Positions 41,480 to 54,586 of a DNA stretch of 64,000 bases are shown in pieces. The DNA lies in assembly GCA_951406725.2 (NCBI GenBank), contig OX597831.1, forward strand, positions 15,128,001 through 15,192,000, written 5' to 3'. This DNA comes from Octopus vulgaris. Taxonomy: Eukaryota. The stretch's first letter is position 1. Each line of letters opens with the position of its first letter. Made by a program: the position numbers and the translations under genes. The notes beneath the pieces were generated by a model. The model had not been told where the DNA came from, made no database searches, and saw only the letters and a list, made by a program, of their open reading frames with translations.

Positions 41480-41927
41480 CTGATAGAAGACAAAAGCAAA
41501 CATACTGGTTTCTCATTATTAAGAGGAAAATAATGTGATTGATATGAATCTACGCATCTGCGGCATAAACTCATTTTCTGTTGAGAAATGAAATACAATC
41601 GACAGAAAATAATGCGCAAAGAATAAAGCTGTTGTTTGGACATATACATTGTTCAACAGATACACTTGTACATATATATACATGCATGCATGTATATATA
41701 CATACGTATACAATACATAAGAAAATGCATATATATATGAGAACATTTCTTGGTGGTGGGACCATAGCAGATCTATTTCCAGCATATGGGTGTCCACATA
41801 GTGGTTTCCCTCTAATATATATATAATACAGTTTTACTGAGCCTTCAGTTTTTTTTATGCTAGACCACTGGTGTGAAATCGATGTCAATTAAATTAATAT
41901 CCAATATCTCACCCTTATTTTAAATTT

Positions 41928-41970
<43 letters not shown>

Positions 41971-42349
41971 CTACTTAATAAAACTAATTGAGATGTTATA
42001 ATGTGTAGAGAAGAAATATAGTCGTCCAATAAATATGTCTAACGTAGTCAAGACACCTACATTGCTAGAAACGAGAGCTAAAGTGCTCGAATGCTTTAAT
42101 AATTCTCATGACATATTCTCATATGGTTTAGAGTTACCTCGAACACAGGAAGCGAGGATTTCTTGTATTGTATAGGTCAACTTCACCCATCAGAAGATAT
42201 ACAAATTCATACGAATTGTACTTGATAATTAAACCTGTATATGAGTGTTTGTGTGTGTGCTTTTTTGTATAGGTATGTGTTGAAATTTAATATGAAATAC
42301 AGCTATATATTTCGACCAGGGTGGTAACATGGGTCTGTCTACCCATACA

Positions 42350-42459
<110 letters not shown>

Positions 42460-42677
42460 ATATATATATATACAAATTAGAAAAATACCACCTTTTATCA
42501 ATTCAATAATGAAAACTTAAATTATACCATTTAGAAAAATTAGATATTATAGAAAGATTAAATATAAGAAAAACATATAACGATGATTAAGTGATGTGCA
42601 AAATAGTAAATAAAACGTATATATTTGGTAGTATAACGACACATGTTACGTGGCTATATATATACATATACGCGCAT

Positions 42678-42711
<34 letters not shown>

Positions 42712-42891
42712 TTACGCATTTTATACCTGTTTACACACATACATGTATCCATGTAACATTCATGTATGTGTATAAGTGGAATTATTGGGTAAGTATATTT
42801 AAATTCTGTCGCCATTTGCCAGAATTCATTGTACTTTATATACATCTAAGTATTAATGACAACAGCGACCACAACAGCAATAATAATAATC

Positions 42892-43012
42892 CTTTCTACT
42901 ATAGCAGAAGGACTGATGAAATGGTGAAAGTCAAAGTCGGTCTCAGCGGAGTTCCAATCCAGAGCGTGGTGACGGGCGAAATACCGCTAAGGATTTCGTC
43001 CACCATTCTACC
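42892..43012 (-). mobile_element. SINE family 2-related fragment
   Basis: aaagtcggtctcagcggagttccaatccagagcgt..gggcgaaataccgctaag. Confidence 0.55.
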
Positions 43013-43032
43013 CATTCTTCTAGCTCGTAATG

Positions 43033-43085
<53 letters not shown>

Positions 43086-43115
43086 CTAATGATAATGATA
43101 ATAATAATAATAATG

Positions 43116-43162
<47 letters not shown>

Positions 43163-43190
43163 AATGATAATGATAATAATAATAATAATG

Positions 43191-43255
<65 letters not shown>

Positions 43256-43256
43256 T

Positions 43257-43804
43257 GATGCAGTACCAGACAGTGGTTCTCATGGCTTCTGATCTTAACT
43301 GATTGGAAGTGTTACCATGTACATTGTATTTTCTTGGTATAAAAGATGGGCTACAGGAAATATTCTGCTCAATACCACAGATTTGCTTTTCATTTGCTTG
43401 ACCTTAACCAGTTGACCATGTCCCTTAGTGACTGATGATATGTGCATCTCTGACCATGAGCAAAAGTAGTGGGGGAGAATCATAGCCGTGTGTTGAAAGG
43501 AATTCTTTGAGGTTTGGATAATTCACCTTTGGAAACATGGGTGGTTCGTTCAACATCCTTAAACTATCCTTATTCAGGGACATTTTGAGCGGGATGGGCT
43601 ACTCGACCAGATGAAAATTCTAACTGGGCCACATCTGCAAGGTCATGCGCTGTTTATCTTGATTTGAGATCACCATGTCGCACACATGGTTGCGATGCAT
43701 GTGGCTGGTGTACCCTTATCAGATGGGTAGTCATGATGGGTATGCTGGGCTTGGTATATTTTTACCCCAGTGTCACTTTGATGGCATGCACTGCTCTCTC
43801 ACTC
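43257..43804 (+). mobile_element. Unclassified ~550-bp insertion between two (AAT)n tracts, probably a non-LTR 3' end
   Basis: Sharp boundaries against AAT tracts on both sides; higher GC than flanks. Confidence 0.5.
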
Positions 43805-43854
<50 letters not shown>

Positions 43855-43861
43855 TAATAAT

Positions 43862-44112
43862 AAGACTGTCGAAAGTGTGGAAAATGTGACGCACTTCGTA
43901 TGTGGATGCGAGAGCCTAGCACAAAAAGAATACAAGCGCCACCACGATTAACTGTGCGTTAACTTCATTGGCTCTTATGCCGTAAGTAGCAATAAGAATT
44001 GAAAGGGGGAACTGCTCTGAGCATGTACCAATTACAGTTTTGCAGTAGGATGGTAAAGTAACGATACAATGGGACTATAATTTTTAAATGGATCGTGTAA
44101 TCGAACACCGTG
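43862..44112 (+). mobile_element. R4/Dong-like (RLE) LINE fragment
   Basis: ENVTHFVCGCESLAQKEYKRHHD*..HVPITVLQ*DGKVTIQWDYNF*MDRVIEHR matches the zinc knuckle/RHD/WD region preceding the RLE domain. Confidence 0.75.
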
Positions 44113-44432
44113 AACATAGTACTGGGCTACCTTCTAATGGTTAATGGTTTCAAACAACTATTTATTAATGACGTCACACACATAGAAAAACCTGGAGTGA
44201 ATGTAAAGTAAGAGTGGTGGAAATGAGCGCTGGCTCCCGAAGCAGCATGTAAATATTAGCTGGAAAAATTGGGTCAAAAGACTTTGAATAGAATTGGAAA
44301 TACTAAGGATTTGGGAATTGCTGCCAAAGCTTGCAGAGATTGCATTTTTGTTGGTAATCAAAGTTTCCGGAAAGAAATAGTCGTTTATCAATTGTTATGT
44401 ATACGTTATTATGATAGATACAGGTTCAGAGC

Positions 44433-44649
44433 ATACGAGGGAGCGCTAAAATGTTCCTGGTTTTAAGGGTGTAGCGGAAGGCCTCGTTAGAGACACACTG
44501 TTCTGAGTCGTTTTGCAAGGCTTAGAAAATCTGAAGGACCGATGCAATAACTATGAAGCTCAGAGGGGAATATGCTGAATAAAATCATAATTAACTGATT
44601 CTCCTCTATTTTCTTTTACTCAAAACCAGGAATTTTTAGCACTTCGTGA
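44433..44649. mobile_element. Mariner-derived MITE
   Basis: TIRs tacgagggagcgctaaaatgttcctggtttt and aaaaccaggaatttttagcacttcgtga. Confidence 0.7.
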
Positions 44650-45352
44650 TAAATGTATGATTTCACGAAATCAAGTGTTGTTGTTTTTGCTAACCAGATC
44701 ATAGAAACCCACCCCTAATATAGATGAGATCTATTTTTAATTTATTATTGACTTCAGTTGGGCCCATTAATGCATCCATTTTGAGACGGAAAAATTTAAA
44801 ATCACAGAGAGAAATGCCTGTATATTTCTAGCTGTTCAATTGAGCATCTAAATAGTCACCTTCACACTTTACTTGGGCCTTGTGAACATATACAAGCACT
44901 TATAGAGTAGGTAATTTTCTCAGCGTTTATATACTCCAATAGTTCTTCACATGATTGCAGTATAAATATTTTCTTTGGCAATCATATGCTCAGTGCCATT
45001 ACAGAGAATTCTTGGAATGTTTTGTGTACTTTGTAGTTGCATGCATTGCTACGAAAGTTGACAAGCGCAAACTTCACGCATGGGGACCGATTGGCACTGA
45101 AGATGTTCAGAACAGGACGAATGGCCGGAGCATATTTCCAACGCAATAACGCTTCGGTCAGCTTTTGACGAAATATTATACTATATTCTACACGCTTGCA
45201 TTCACACTCAGACACACACACACGCACATATATATGTATATACATGTGTGTATATATACATGCATACATATATATACTATATTCTACACGCTTTCATGCA
45301 CACACGCACACACACGTATATACATGCGTGTATATATATGCATATATATATA

Positions 45353-45400
<48 letters not shown>

Positions 45401-45603
45401 CTATATATAATCTATATATAATCAATATATAATCTAAAATAAACCCTATAAACAATTGAATATAAAGAAACCTATTATTAAAGTTCTCATAATTGAAGAC
45501 ATGAAACAATTGTAGTAGCGGTTTATTTATTTTATATTAAAATTTTTATGTATTGATTAAGTCTTTCCTTGTTTGTTTTGCAAAATAGTGGTTTTGTCTC
45601 GAA

Positions 45604-45668
<65 letters not shown>

Positions 45669-46042
45669 TAATGTGAATCACGATCTGAAATTTATTATAT
45701 CAATATGATATATAACACCAAAGCAATGTGGCAATATATCATTGGAAATTCATCTTGATACATATAGAAGGTTGTTTAAAAATGAATAATGGATTTGATA
45801 TTTGGCTGTGAACCACTATTCGACAGAATATTAATTCCATCGGCGTGCACCATATTCATTAAAAGGATTCTCCACTGGGCAACACTTTATAAAATCCAAT
45901 TTCACTATTCGAATCTATCTTTATTTTAGTGATGACTTATCTCTCTTTTGAAAGACTTCCCACCTTATATACATATGTGCGCGCGTGCGTGTGAATGTCT
46001 GCCTGTGTGACATACATATATATATATATACAAATGTATATA

Positions 46043-46443
46043 CTCTTTACTGTTTTACTCTTTTACTTGTTTCAGTCATTTGACTGCAGCAATGCTGGTG
46101 CACCGCCTTTAGTCGAGCAAATCAACCCCGGGATTTATTCTTTGTAAGCCCAGTACTTATTCTATCGGTCTCTTTTGCTGAACCGCTTAGTGACGGGGAC
46201 GTAAACACACCAGCATTGTTGTCAAGCAATGCTAGGGGGACAAACACAAACACACAAACATATACACACGCACTTATATATACATATATACGACAGTCTT
46301 CTTTCAGTTTCCGTCTACCAAATCCACTCACAAGGCATTGGTCGGCCCGGGGCTATAGCAGAAAACACTTGCCCAAAATGCCACGCAGTGGGACTGAACC
46401 CGGAACCATGTGGTTGGTTAGCAAGCTACATACCACACAGCCT
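46043..46443 (-). mobile_element. SINE family 1, full length
   Basis: Reverse complement of 1620-2036. Confidence 0.85.
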
Positions 46444-46490
46444 CTCCTATATATACAAATTACATACATACATACATACCTACACGCACA

Positions 46491-46525
<35 letters not shown>

Positions 46526-46971
46526 TTATTGGTCTTTATTGTTATTTATAATTGTATAACATTTCCTCCGTTTTTTTTTTGTTTCCTTTGTCTTTGTTGT
46601 ACAAATTCGTTTGTTGTCTTCCAAGAAATGCTTTTGTAAATATGCGATCAATTTGGATGGCCATAATTCTGAACATAACTCGGCTTGTGAACGAGTGTCT
46701 ACCTGATCTGGATTTACATGGAGCGAGCTTTTCACAATTACACACGAGAAAATTCTGTGTGTGAAATTTTGTCTTACAAAATGCAAGAAATAGCAGTTAA
46801 TCTATTCCATGTTGAACTTCCGCATAATACTAGAAGAGAAGGAAAGAGAGAAAGAGAGTGAAGCAGAGAGAGGGAGGAAGGAAGGCATTACATACTGTTA
46901 TCCTTAAAGATAGGAAATTAAAAGTTGCACGGATCTTTGATTTCAGTCTATACGATTATTACTTACCTTGG

Positions 46972-47271
46972 AGTGGAGGCACATGGCCTAGTGGTTAGAG
47001 CAGCGGACTCGCGGTCGAGGGATCCCGGGCTCGAATCTCAGACCGGGTGATGTGTGTGTTTATGAGCGAAACACATAAGCACAACGCGGCTCCGGCAGAA
47101 GGTAATGGCGAACTTCTGTTGACTCTTTCGCCATACCTTTCTCTCAGTCTTTCCTCCTGCATCTTGCAGCCTACCTACGACGGACCGGCGTCCCGTCCAA
47201 GTGGGGAACCTATACGCCAAGGAAACCGAGAAACCGGCCCTTATGAGCCAGACATGGCTCGAGAAGGAACA
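46972..47271 (+). mobile_element. tRNA-derived SINE family 4 with 11-bp TSD
   Basis: tggcctagtggttagagc..gctcgaatctc head; TSD acttaccttgg at 46961-46971 and 47272-47282. Confidence 0.85.
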
Positions 47272-48032
47272 ACTTACCTTGGTAGTTAAACGGCATACGC
47301 AACAGTCGCAAGTATAAATAGCTGAATCATACGTAACTTTAACGGCGAGAAATCAATTGCTTAAAAAAATCTTACAGTTGTAATTTTGAATTGAAACGGC
47401 GTTTAGTTCAATATTTGCAGAGTTTATGTAAAATGCATGTAATTCATTGAGCTCTAAAGTTTTCACTGAGATCGATAATTTTAATCTCCACAGACATTCA
47501 GAAAACTTTCCGTTGTGCATTGAAATTGACAAATGTAATCACAAAGGAATTTGTAAGAGATTACAGACGAATGATGAATACTCTTAGATATTTCCTGATA
47601 AATTCCAAACCAGAGGACAAAATCTATTGCCAAACATGCGATGGATTTAATGCCAACAAGAAAGATTTATGTATAGAGGTTCGAAACACACTTTAAAGGA
47701 GAATATGGGCGAAATGTGTGCAGGTGTAATTCACTAGTTGACTATTTTACAGAAGAGAGACGCAGTTTTAAGTCTCCATTTAAAATCGATCCCCACTCTC
47801 TCGCTCTCTACCTGTATGTATGCAGGTATATGTGTAACACACACAGTAATGCCGAACATTGGTGAGCGAAGATCTTAGAGACAGCGGGAAATATTTTGAT
47901 GCTGTGACAGGAAATATTTTGATTCTGTGTTATACAGCCATTTAAAATAAAATATCATTGTGTTGCATTATTATGTGTACGGAAACACACACACAATATG
48001 TGTTAATATGCACATGTCGGTGTATATATATA

Positions 48033-48075
<43 letters not shown>

Positions 48076-48079
<4 letters not shown>

Positions 48080-48400
48080 TTATTTATCTAGTTTCAGCTC
48101 ACTAGCTGTGGCCATGCTGGGGCACCGCCACTTGGTGTTGCTACATGATTTTACTTCACGAATGCTTTTTAGCAATTGCCATTTGGTGCATGAGAGAGTT
48201 CGATGCAGCTGCCCTCATCTGCACCTCCTGCCGTGAAGTTGGTTCATTTGGGATACCCGAAAAGAAGAGATCCAGTTTCATTTTAAAGACATCTGCATCC
48301 ACCCCATGCAGGTCTCTTAGGTTCTTCGGGAGGATATTGAAGAGCTGTGGGCCTCGGAAGCCCAGGCTGACACTGCATCTTGTCCTACATCTTGATGGCA
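48076..48400 (-). mobile_element. CR1/L2-group LINE 3' end
   Basis: FRGPQLFNILPKNLRD..VFKMKLDLFFSGIPNEP..RAAASNSL, short 3'UTR, (TAAA)n tail. Confidence 0.75.
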
Positions 48401-48420
48401 AATTATATATATATGTATAT

Positions 48421-48461
<41 letters not shown>

Positions 48462-48635
48462 TAAGAAAGTTTGTTTGGTAAAGCACGTGGTGAATATATA
48501 AGAAAATAGTAAAGTGTGAAAAAACGACAGAAGGCTTAAATGTTAAAAAATATATATATTTGTGTCAAAATGTCTGGAGAATATTGGAAACATTTTTTTC
48601 CCTTTCCTTAAAATGACATAATTTTAAAATATTTG

Positions 48636-48675
48636 AAGAAATTACCGGTTTCGCGTGTAGCTTTTCAAATTTCTT
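48636..48675 (-). ncRNA. Minimal type I hammerhead, U3-A8 variant
   Basis: Minus aagaaat-TTGAAAA-gc tacac gc-GAA-ACCGGT-A-atttctt, in a ~220-bp island between (TA)n tracts. Confidence 0.7.
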
Positions 48676-48791
<116 letters not shown>

Positions 48792-48812
48792 CGATACTGG
48801 AAAAAGTATATG

Positions 48813-48945
48813 TATTTGTGAAGGGAGCCTAATTCTCATCGACAACTATGATTGTCAGACGCCGATGACGGGTCAATACCCTGAAACTCGAGTCCGTGTG
48901 TATCATAAGTTGAAGACGGGAAGGTTGGCTTCCCTTTGCAAATAC
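48813..48945 (+). ncRNA. Hammerhead-like motif with long extended stem I (U4C)
   Basis: cagacg-CCGATGA-c gggt caat accc t-GAA-ACTCGAGT-C-cgtgtg; pairing extends to gtatttgtgaaggg/ccctttgcaaatac. Confidence 0.65.
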
Positions 48946-49808
48946 TGATAGGGCACAGAAAGTGTGTCTATAGCCAGCTGGAGGAGGTGTCCTCCTGAGG
49001 CTACAAACTACAGTAGCATCCACCCTTAGGGGTTAGCCATATTCAAATGGCAAAGATACGTCATTATAATGTATATATTTTCTTTCAAATACAATACGCA
49101 CGCAAGCAGACGCACACATATGTGTGTATGTTTGTGTGTGTCTGTGTGTGTTTGTGTGTGAGTCTGTGTGTGTGTGCATCTATGCCTCTTCATCAAAAAA
49201 ATTGCTCATATATCTGATTGTGCGTCTGTAATTGTTTTGTATATGCTCTTATATGCGTTCGCCCAAATACGCGCCACCGAATATTCCGATGCGCCAAACA
49301 AATTATACCATGTATTATACCTTCGAATTCATTATTTAAATATCTTGACACAGTACTGATTCATGGCGTCAGACTGCAGCAGTGAAAATAAAACACAAAA
49401 AACAAATATATATATATATTTAAAGCACAAAGTTAAAACAAGACAAAGAGTGAGTGATTCGGTACTAACTACCATTTTCGAAGAATATGATGATACATTT
49501 TGTAGTTAATGTATTGTTAACGGACCATCTTTCCCTCGCTGATTGTACGTTGTCGAATCTAGAATATTGTGTAATGATACAGAAGTATTTACCGATTACC
49601 GCGATACGTAATCGATATATAAATTGTATGATTAAGGTTGCATGAAATCTGAGATCGATCAACGAAGATTTTGTGGTCTTTGGTGCGAATAGGCGTTTTT
49701 ATGACATCTATTAAATATATTCTTATAGAAATTTACACTTGCAGAGATGTGAGTGCGAATGCACGCAGGCACAGACGACCACACGCACGCAGACGGAATG
49801 TTCGCATT

Positions 49809-49840
<32 letters not shown>

Positions 49841-49995
49841 ACTATCGATTAGAGAATTACGTGCAATATATGCATGTACAAATATATATGTATCGATATA
49901 TGGATGTGTACGAGTGCAGGTGCCTTCATATGTGTGTGTATGTGTGTGTGTGTATGTGTGTGTATGTGTGTGTGTGCGTGTGTGCGGCGCACGTG

Positions 49996-50043
<48 letters not shown>

Positions 50044-51009
50044 GGAGAGAAAAGGGAAGAGATAAATAGATAAATTGATACATACATATATACATAAGTA
50101 GATAGATGGATACATAAATATATTGATAGCTATGTAGATAGGTAGATAGATAGATAGAAATATAGATAAATCGATCGAGAGATACAACGGTCGATAGATA
50201 GGTACGTATGTAGGTACGTAGGTAGGTAGAAAGATACATAGATCGATAGATAAATGGATAAATCGATAGATAGATTGATATATATTTTATAGACTTCAAA
50301 GCCATAACGGGTTGCTCTAAAATTTTAGTTGATAAGACCAACATCCCCTTGGTGTATAATAATGTAAGAAAACCACTATAAAGGTTACTAAACTGCCATT
50401 AAAACAATTAATTCTAACTTAAATCGTAGAAAGATTCATTTCCACTTAACTAAACAAACAATTTTGTTTACTGACGATAATGTTAAAGTTTATTAACCGT
50501 TGTACACAACTAAAGGTAATTGAAAATTAAGTTAAAATAGCCATATGTATGTGAAATTTTCTGTATACACATTCGTGACAGGTGAAGTAATGGTGTCCTC
50601 GCCCAACGAAGTCGAAATGCACCAGGTATTCTTGCAAGGCACTGTCGATCGATATTTCGTCTGCTTCCGATATATAGTATATTTTCCAATACTGCCTGGT
50701 CCAAGGTATTATATTATTTAGGATAAAAACGTTAGCAACATGCCTTTCCACAGAGTATATAAATCAATTATGAAACAAAGATAGGTGTTTAATTTAATGA
50801 TGTCTCACTTGCGTATGCCATCGTAATTCAGCCTGGGGACAATATGCAATACTATCGAAGTATTATACTCTGTTTCCTATATCAGAACTACTAATTGGCA
50901 TCTAGGCATGTAGCTGGATTTGAAGGTAAGTGGCAAATCGTTTTGTCCTCAGCTTGGAAACTGTCGAAATGTACTTAAGTCGTGGCTTTCATTATAAGTT
51001 TATATATGG

Positions 51010-51385
51010 CTGAGAGGTGCGGAGCTTACTGTGTGCCACCTTTGTGAAGTGTCTACTGCCATAGCCTAGGGCTGACCAAACCTTTGTAAATGGGTTTAGA
51101 AGACGGAAACTGGAAGAAGCAAATTGTACATTATATGTATCTATGATTGTGTGTGTGCGTGTGTGTACGTGTGTGCGTGTTTGCGAGTGTTATTGTGTGT
51201 ATGTGTGCATGTTTGTGCGTGTGTGTGTCTGAGTGTCTCCTTGCGTCTATGTCCCCTATGGGCACTCGACAACCTGATTATGTCCCCGCAACTTAGCTGT
51301 TTGGCAAGGGAGACTTGGCTTAAGAAAATTTCTAGATGGCGCGGCAGCATGGCTGTAGTCTGATGACTGAAACATGTAAGAGAAT
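51010..51385 (+). mobile_element. Old degenerate SINE family 1
   Basis: atagcctagggctgaccaaacctttgt..gacggaaactggaagaagc; tail cagcatggctgtagtctgatgactgaaac. Confidence 0.65.
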
Positions 51386-52047
51386 ATATGAATGAATGTG
51401 TGTCTATGTGTGTGCGTGTATGATGTGTGTGTGTGTGTGTGTCTTCACCTACTTTGGAATTTAAAAAGGTGATGGTTCCTTATGCGCAGCTATGCAAACG
51501 AAATGGGGAAGAGATATGGAAGGAATAAAGTGTCAAGTGATGAGCGAAAGAAATGAAGTGAAAATATAGTTTATGGATGAACATTTATAACGATTTTAAT
51601 GATACTCCCAGAAACTGTTCAAGATTTTCATTCTCTCTCAAAATGAAAGAAAAGCAAAACAAAAACAAAGAATAAGAAAAGGCTGGAGACATTTTTCATA
51701 TTCTTCCTATAAATTCCTTCTTCATAAGAAAGTATTAATGATGCAGTCAATACCTACGTGACCATTTCTGTTTCGCTGCATTCTTTCCGTTTTATCGAGA
51801 AATTCGTGTCTAGTTAATATGCCTTATGGAATAAGTTATTGGAAAATCGACTCATAAAGACAGTGATAAGGAAAGCTATGAAATTGCGATTCATTATACT
51901 ACATGACATATTCATAGTCAAAATGGAGCTTTTACGTAATCGCTAGGCTTGAAAAAATATCAGAGACATTGTACAACAGATCACAGGGTCAGGGAAAAGA
52001 ATAGACAAGTATAGCCACACGCATCGTACACCTACACACAAACACAC

Positions 52048-52081
<34 letters not shown>

Positions 52082-52083
<2 letters not shown>

Positions 52084-52445
52084 GCATGTGTGTGAGTTTC
52101 TATGAAAGCACGGAAGAGGTCTGATCAATAAATATCCGAACTGTTGTCAGTGTAACGAAACCAAAACACAGAGTGTAATGCCGCTTGACAAGGATTGGCC
52201 TTGAACTCTGCTCTACAAGCGCTCTACATTTTAACAATCAAACTCACTTCGGCTCTTTACGGCAGTGTTTCGAAGGAAGGTGTGTAGCGTGTGGCCGTAG
52301 CATTGACCATGTCAGAGAAAGTTGTCATGGCGATATATGCTCAGAAACCTACGCAAAGTTGCAGAAAGTGTATGGAGAGGGGTGAACGAGCCGCGCACAA
52401 GGCTACGAATGGTTCGTACGTTTCCAAGATGGCCAAAAAGTGTCC
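52082..52445 (+). mobile_element. Mariner 5' relic (inverted partner at 54329-54472)
   Basis: gaggtctgatcaataaatatcc TIR-like end; ETYAKLQKVYGEG*TSRAQGYEWFVRFQDG. Confidence 0.75.
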
Positions 52446-52916
52446 ATTGCGCCTCCACTGAATGTATATATTGCCCCGGTGATTCATGAACGTAAGTATG
52501 GAATTCATCATATCATTTTACTATTTATAGTTTATTCTTTTTTTTCTTTTGTTCTTGTTCTTGTTGTAGCCTGTTGACTGCGGCAATGCTGGAGCCCCGC
52601 CTTTAATCGAACAAATCGAGCCCAGGACTTATTGTTTGTAAGCCTAAAACTTATTCTAGCGGTCTTCTTTGACGAACCGCTACGTTGCGGGGATGTAAAC
52701 ACGTCAACATAGGTTGTGAAGCGATGTTTTGGACAAACACAGACATATAAATACACACAAACATATATAGGCACAGGCGTGGCTGTGTGGTAACAAACTT
52801 GCCTCCAAATCACATGGTTCCTGGTTCAGTCTCAGTGCACGGTACCAAAGCCTTGTGAGTGTATTTAGTAGACTGAACGAAGTCCGTCGTATATATATAT
52901 ATATATATATATATAT

Positions 52917-53545
52917 GAGTTAAACGCAGGTGTTATTCAAATTATTTTACTTCCGACATATGTTTCGAAGACAACATTGGTATTATTCCAGAAGGAATAT
53001 AATGGTGTAAAACAATACAATCTTCTCATCAGGGAAAGAAATTAACCAAACATATCAATAAGATATTTGAACAGAATGTTATGACTACCTATAATGATGA
53101 AGGGAACCCTATTAATTTTTATTCAAAATAAAAACGTTAGTAGATATAGTGTCAAAGGTAGCATATAGAAAAAGGAGGAGAAGGAAATAAATTAGTAAAA
53201 AACTAATAGTGGAGAAGTATAGAGCGATGAGTAAATTAGAATAAAGCTTAAAAGAGTGGAATTGGATATATTTAGTGGAAGTGAATTGCAAGAATATAAT
53301 CAAAGGTAAAATTATATAGAATTGTAGAAATCACTTATAGAAACTAATTTTGCAACGATAAACGCGTTCTATAAACTGGTTTACAACGGGATTCTTTGGC
53401 AATAGAATATAAAACATTTCGCTATTACAAAGCGAGCAGAAATATTTACCTTTATCATACGGTAAAGAAATAGAGAGAATATTCCATTCCAAATTAAATT
53501 GTTTATTATGATCTTTTAGATACCAGATTAATTTACTAAGCCCTG
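52917..53545 (-). mobile_element. 5'-truncated Penelope-like element: GIY-YIG C-terminus plus pLTR
   Basis: TGLSKLIWYLKDHNKQFNLEWNILSISLPYDKGKYFCSLCNSEMFYIL followed by an HHR. Confidence 0.85.
52945..53042 (-). ncRNA. Type I hammerhead ribozyme, canonical core
   Basis: Minus tttctttcc-CTGATGA-gaagat...gtcttc-GAA-ACATATGT-C-ggaagtaaaa. Confidence 0.85.
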
Positions 53546-53804
53546 TACGTGTGTGTGCGCGCGCGCGCGTGTGTTTTTTGTACGTATTTGTGTATGTGTA
53601 GGCGTATATTTGCCCCACCATCGTCGGTTGACAACCGATGGTGGTGTGTTTACGTCTCCGTAAATTTAGCGGTTCGGCAAAAGAGACCAATAGGTTAAGT
53701 ACTACGGTTACAAAAAATAAGTCCTGGGGTCGATTCGTTCGAACTAAAGGCGGTGCTCTAACAAGGCCGACAGTCAGATGTCCGAAATAAGTAAAAGAAT
53801 AAAA

Positions 53805-53852
<48 letters not shown>

Positions 53853-54508
53853 GACGCGCTTCTTTCAGTTTCAATGTACCAAATCTACTCACAAGGCTTT
53901 GGTCGGCCTGAGGCTATAGCAGAAGACAATTGCTCAAGGTGCCATGCAGTAGGACTGAACATGGAACCATGTGGTGGGGAGCAAGCTAATTACTACACAG
54001 ACACGATACATAAAAATAAAAATTTCACAAAAGCAAAATAAATAAAATAGAGAAAAAAAAGGAAATACAGAAAAAAAAAAGAATCCAGCCGTTGTGAAAT
54101 TACATATTAGTAACATATCCGACCGAATCTTACGTTCTCTAAACACGCGATGAATTATATTCATACCGTGTAATAATATATAACAGCTAAATAAAAGAAG
54201 AAAGTGCGAAATTTTGGCATAATTCAAAGATCCAAGAATTATTGGGTTTGTACATAATCAGTGCGGCTTTTTTTCCACAAATTATTTCAACAAAAACAAT
54301 AACAATTTTTAGCAAAGAAGTCTTTAAGTGAGCGAATGTAGAGTAGAGTTCAAGGTCTATCATTGTCCAGCGGCATTACACAGCGTGCTTTGGCTTCGTT
54401 ACAAAGGCGACGGTCCGGATACTTACTGATCAGACCTCTTCCGTGCTTTCATAGGAACTGACACACATGCATAAATGTGTATATATATATATATATATAT
54501 ACGTATTC

Positions 54509-54583
<75 letters not shown>

Positions 54584-54586
<3 letters not shown>

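Larger units (their letters stand above)
52770..53806 (+). mobile_element. SINE family 1 split by a PLE (head 52770-52890, tail 53600-53806)
   Basis: Both halves on plus strand and in the correct order. Confidence 0.75.
52535..54000 (-). mobile_element. SINE family 1 split by a nested insertion (head 53850-54000, tail 52535-52765)
   Basis: Both halves on minus strand and in the correct order. Confidence 0.75.

Noticed and set aside
50510-50751. Overlapping ORFs as a possible exon
   Set aside because: Open frames on both strands; strand and boundaries cannot be decided
54424-54457. Apparent micro-exon with GTAAGT donor
   Set aside because: Lies inside the mariner inverted arm
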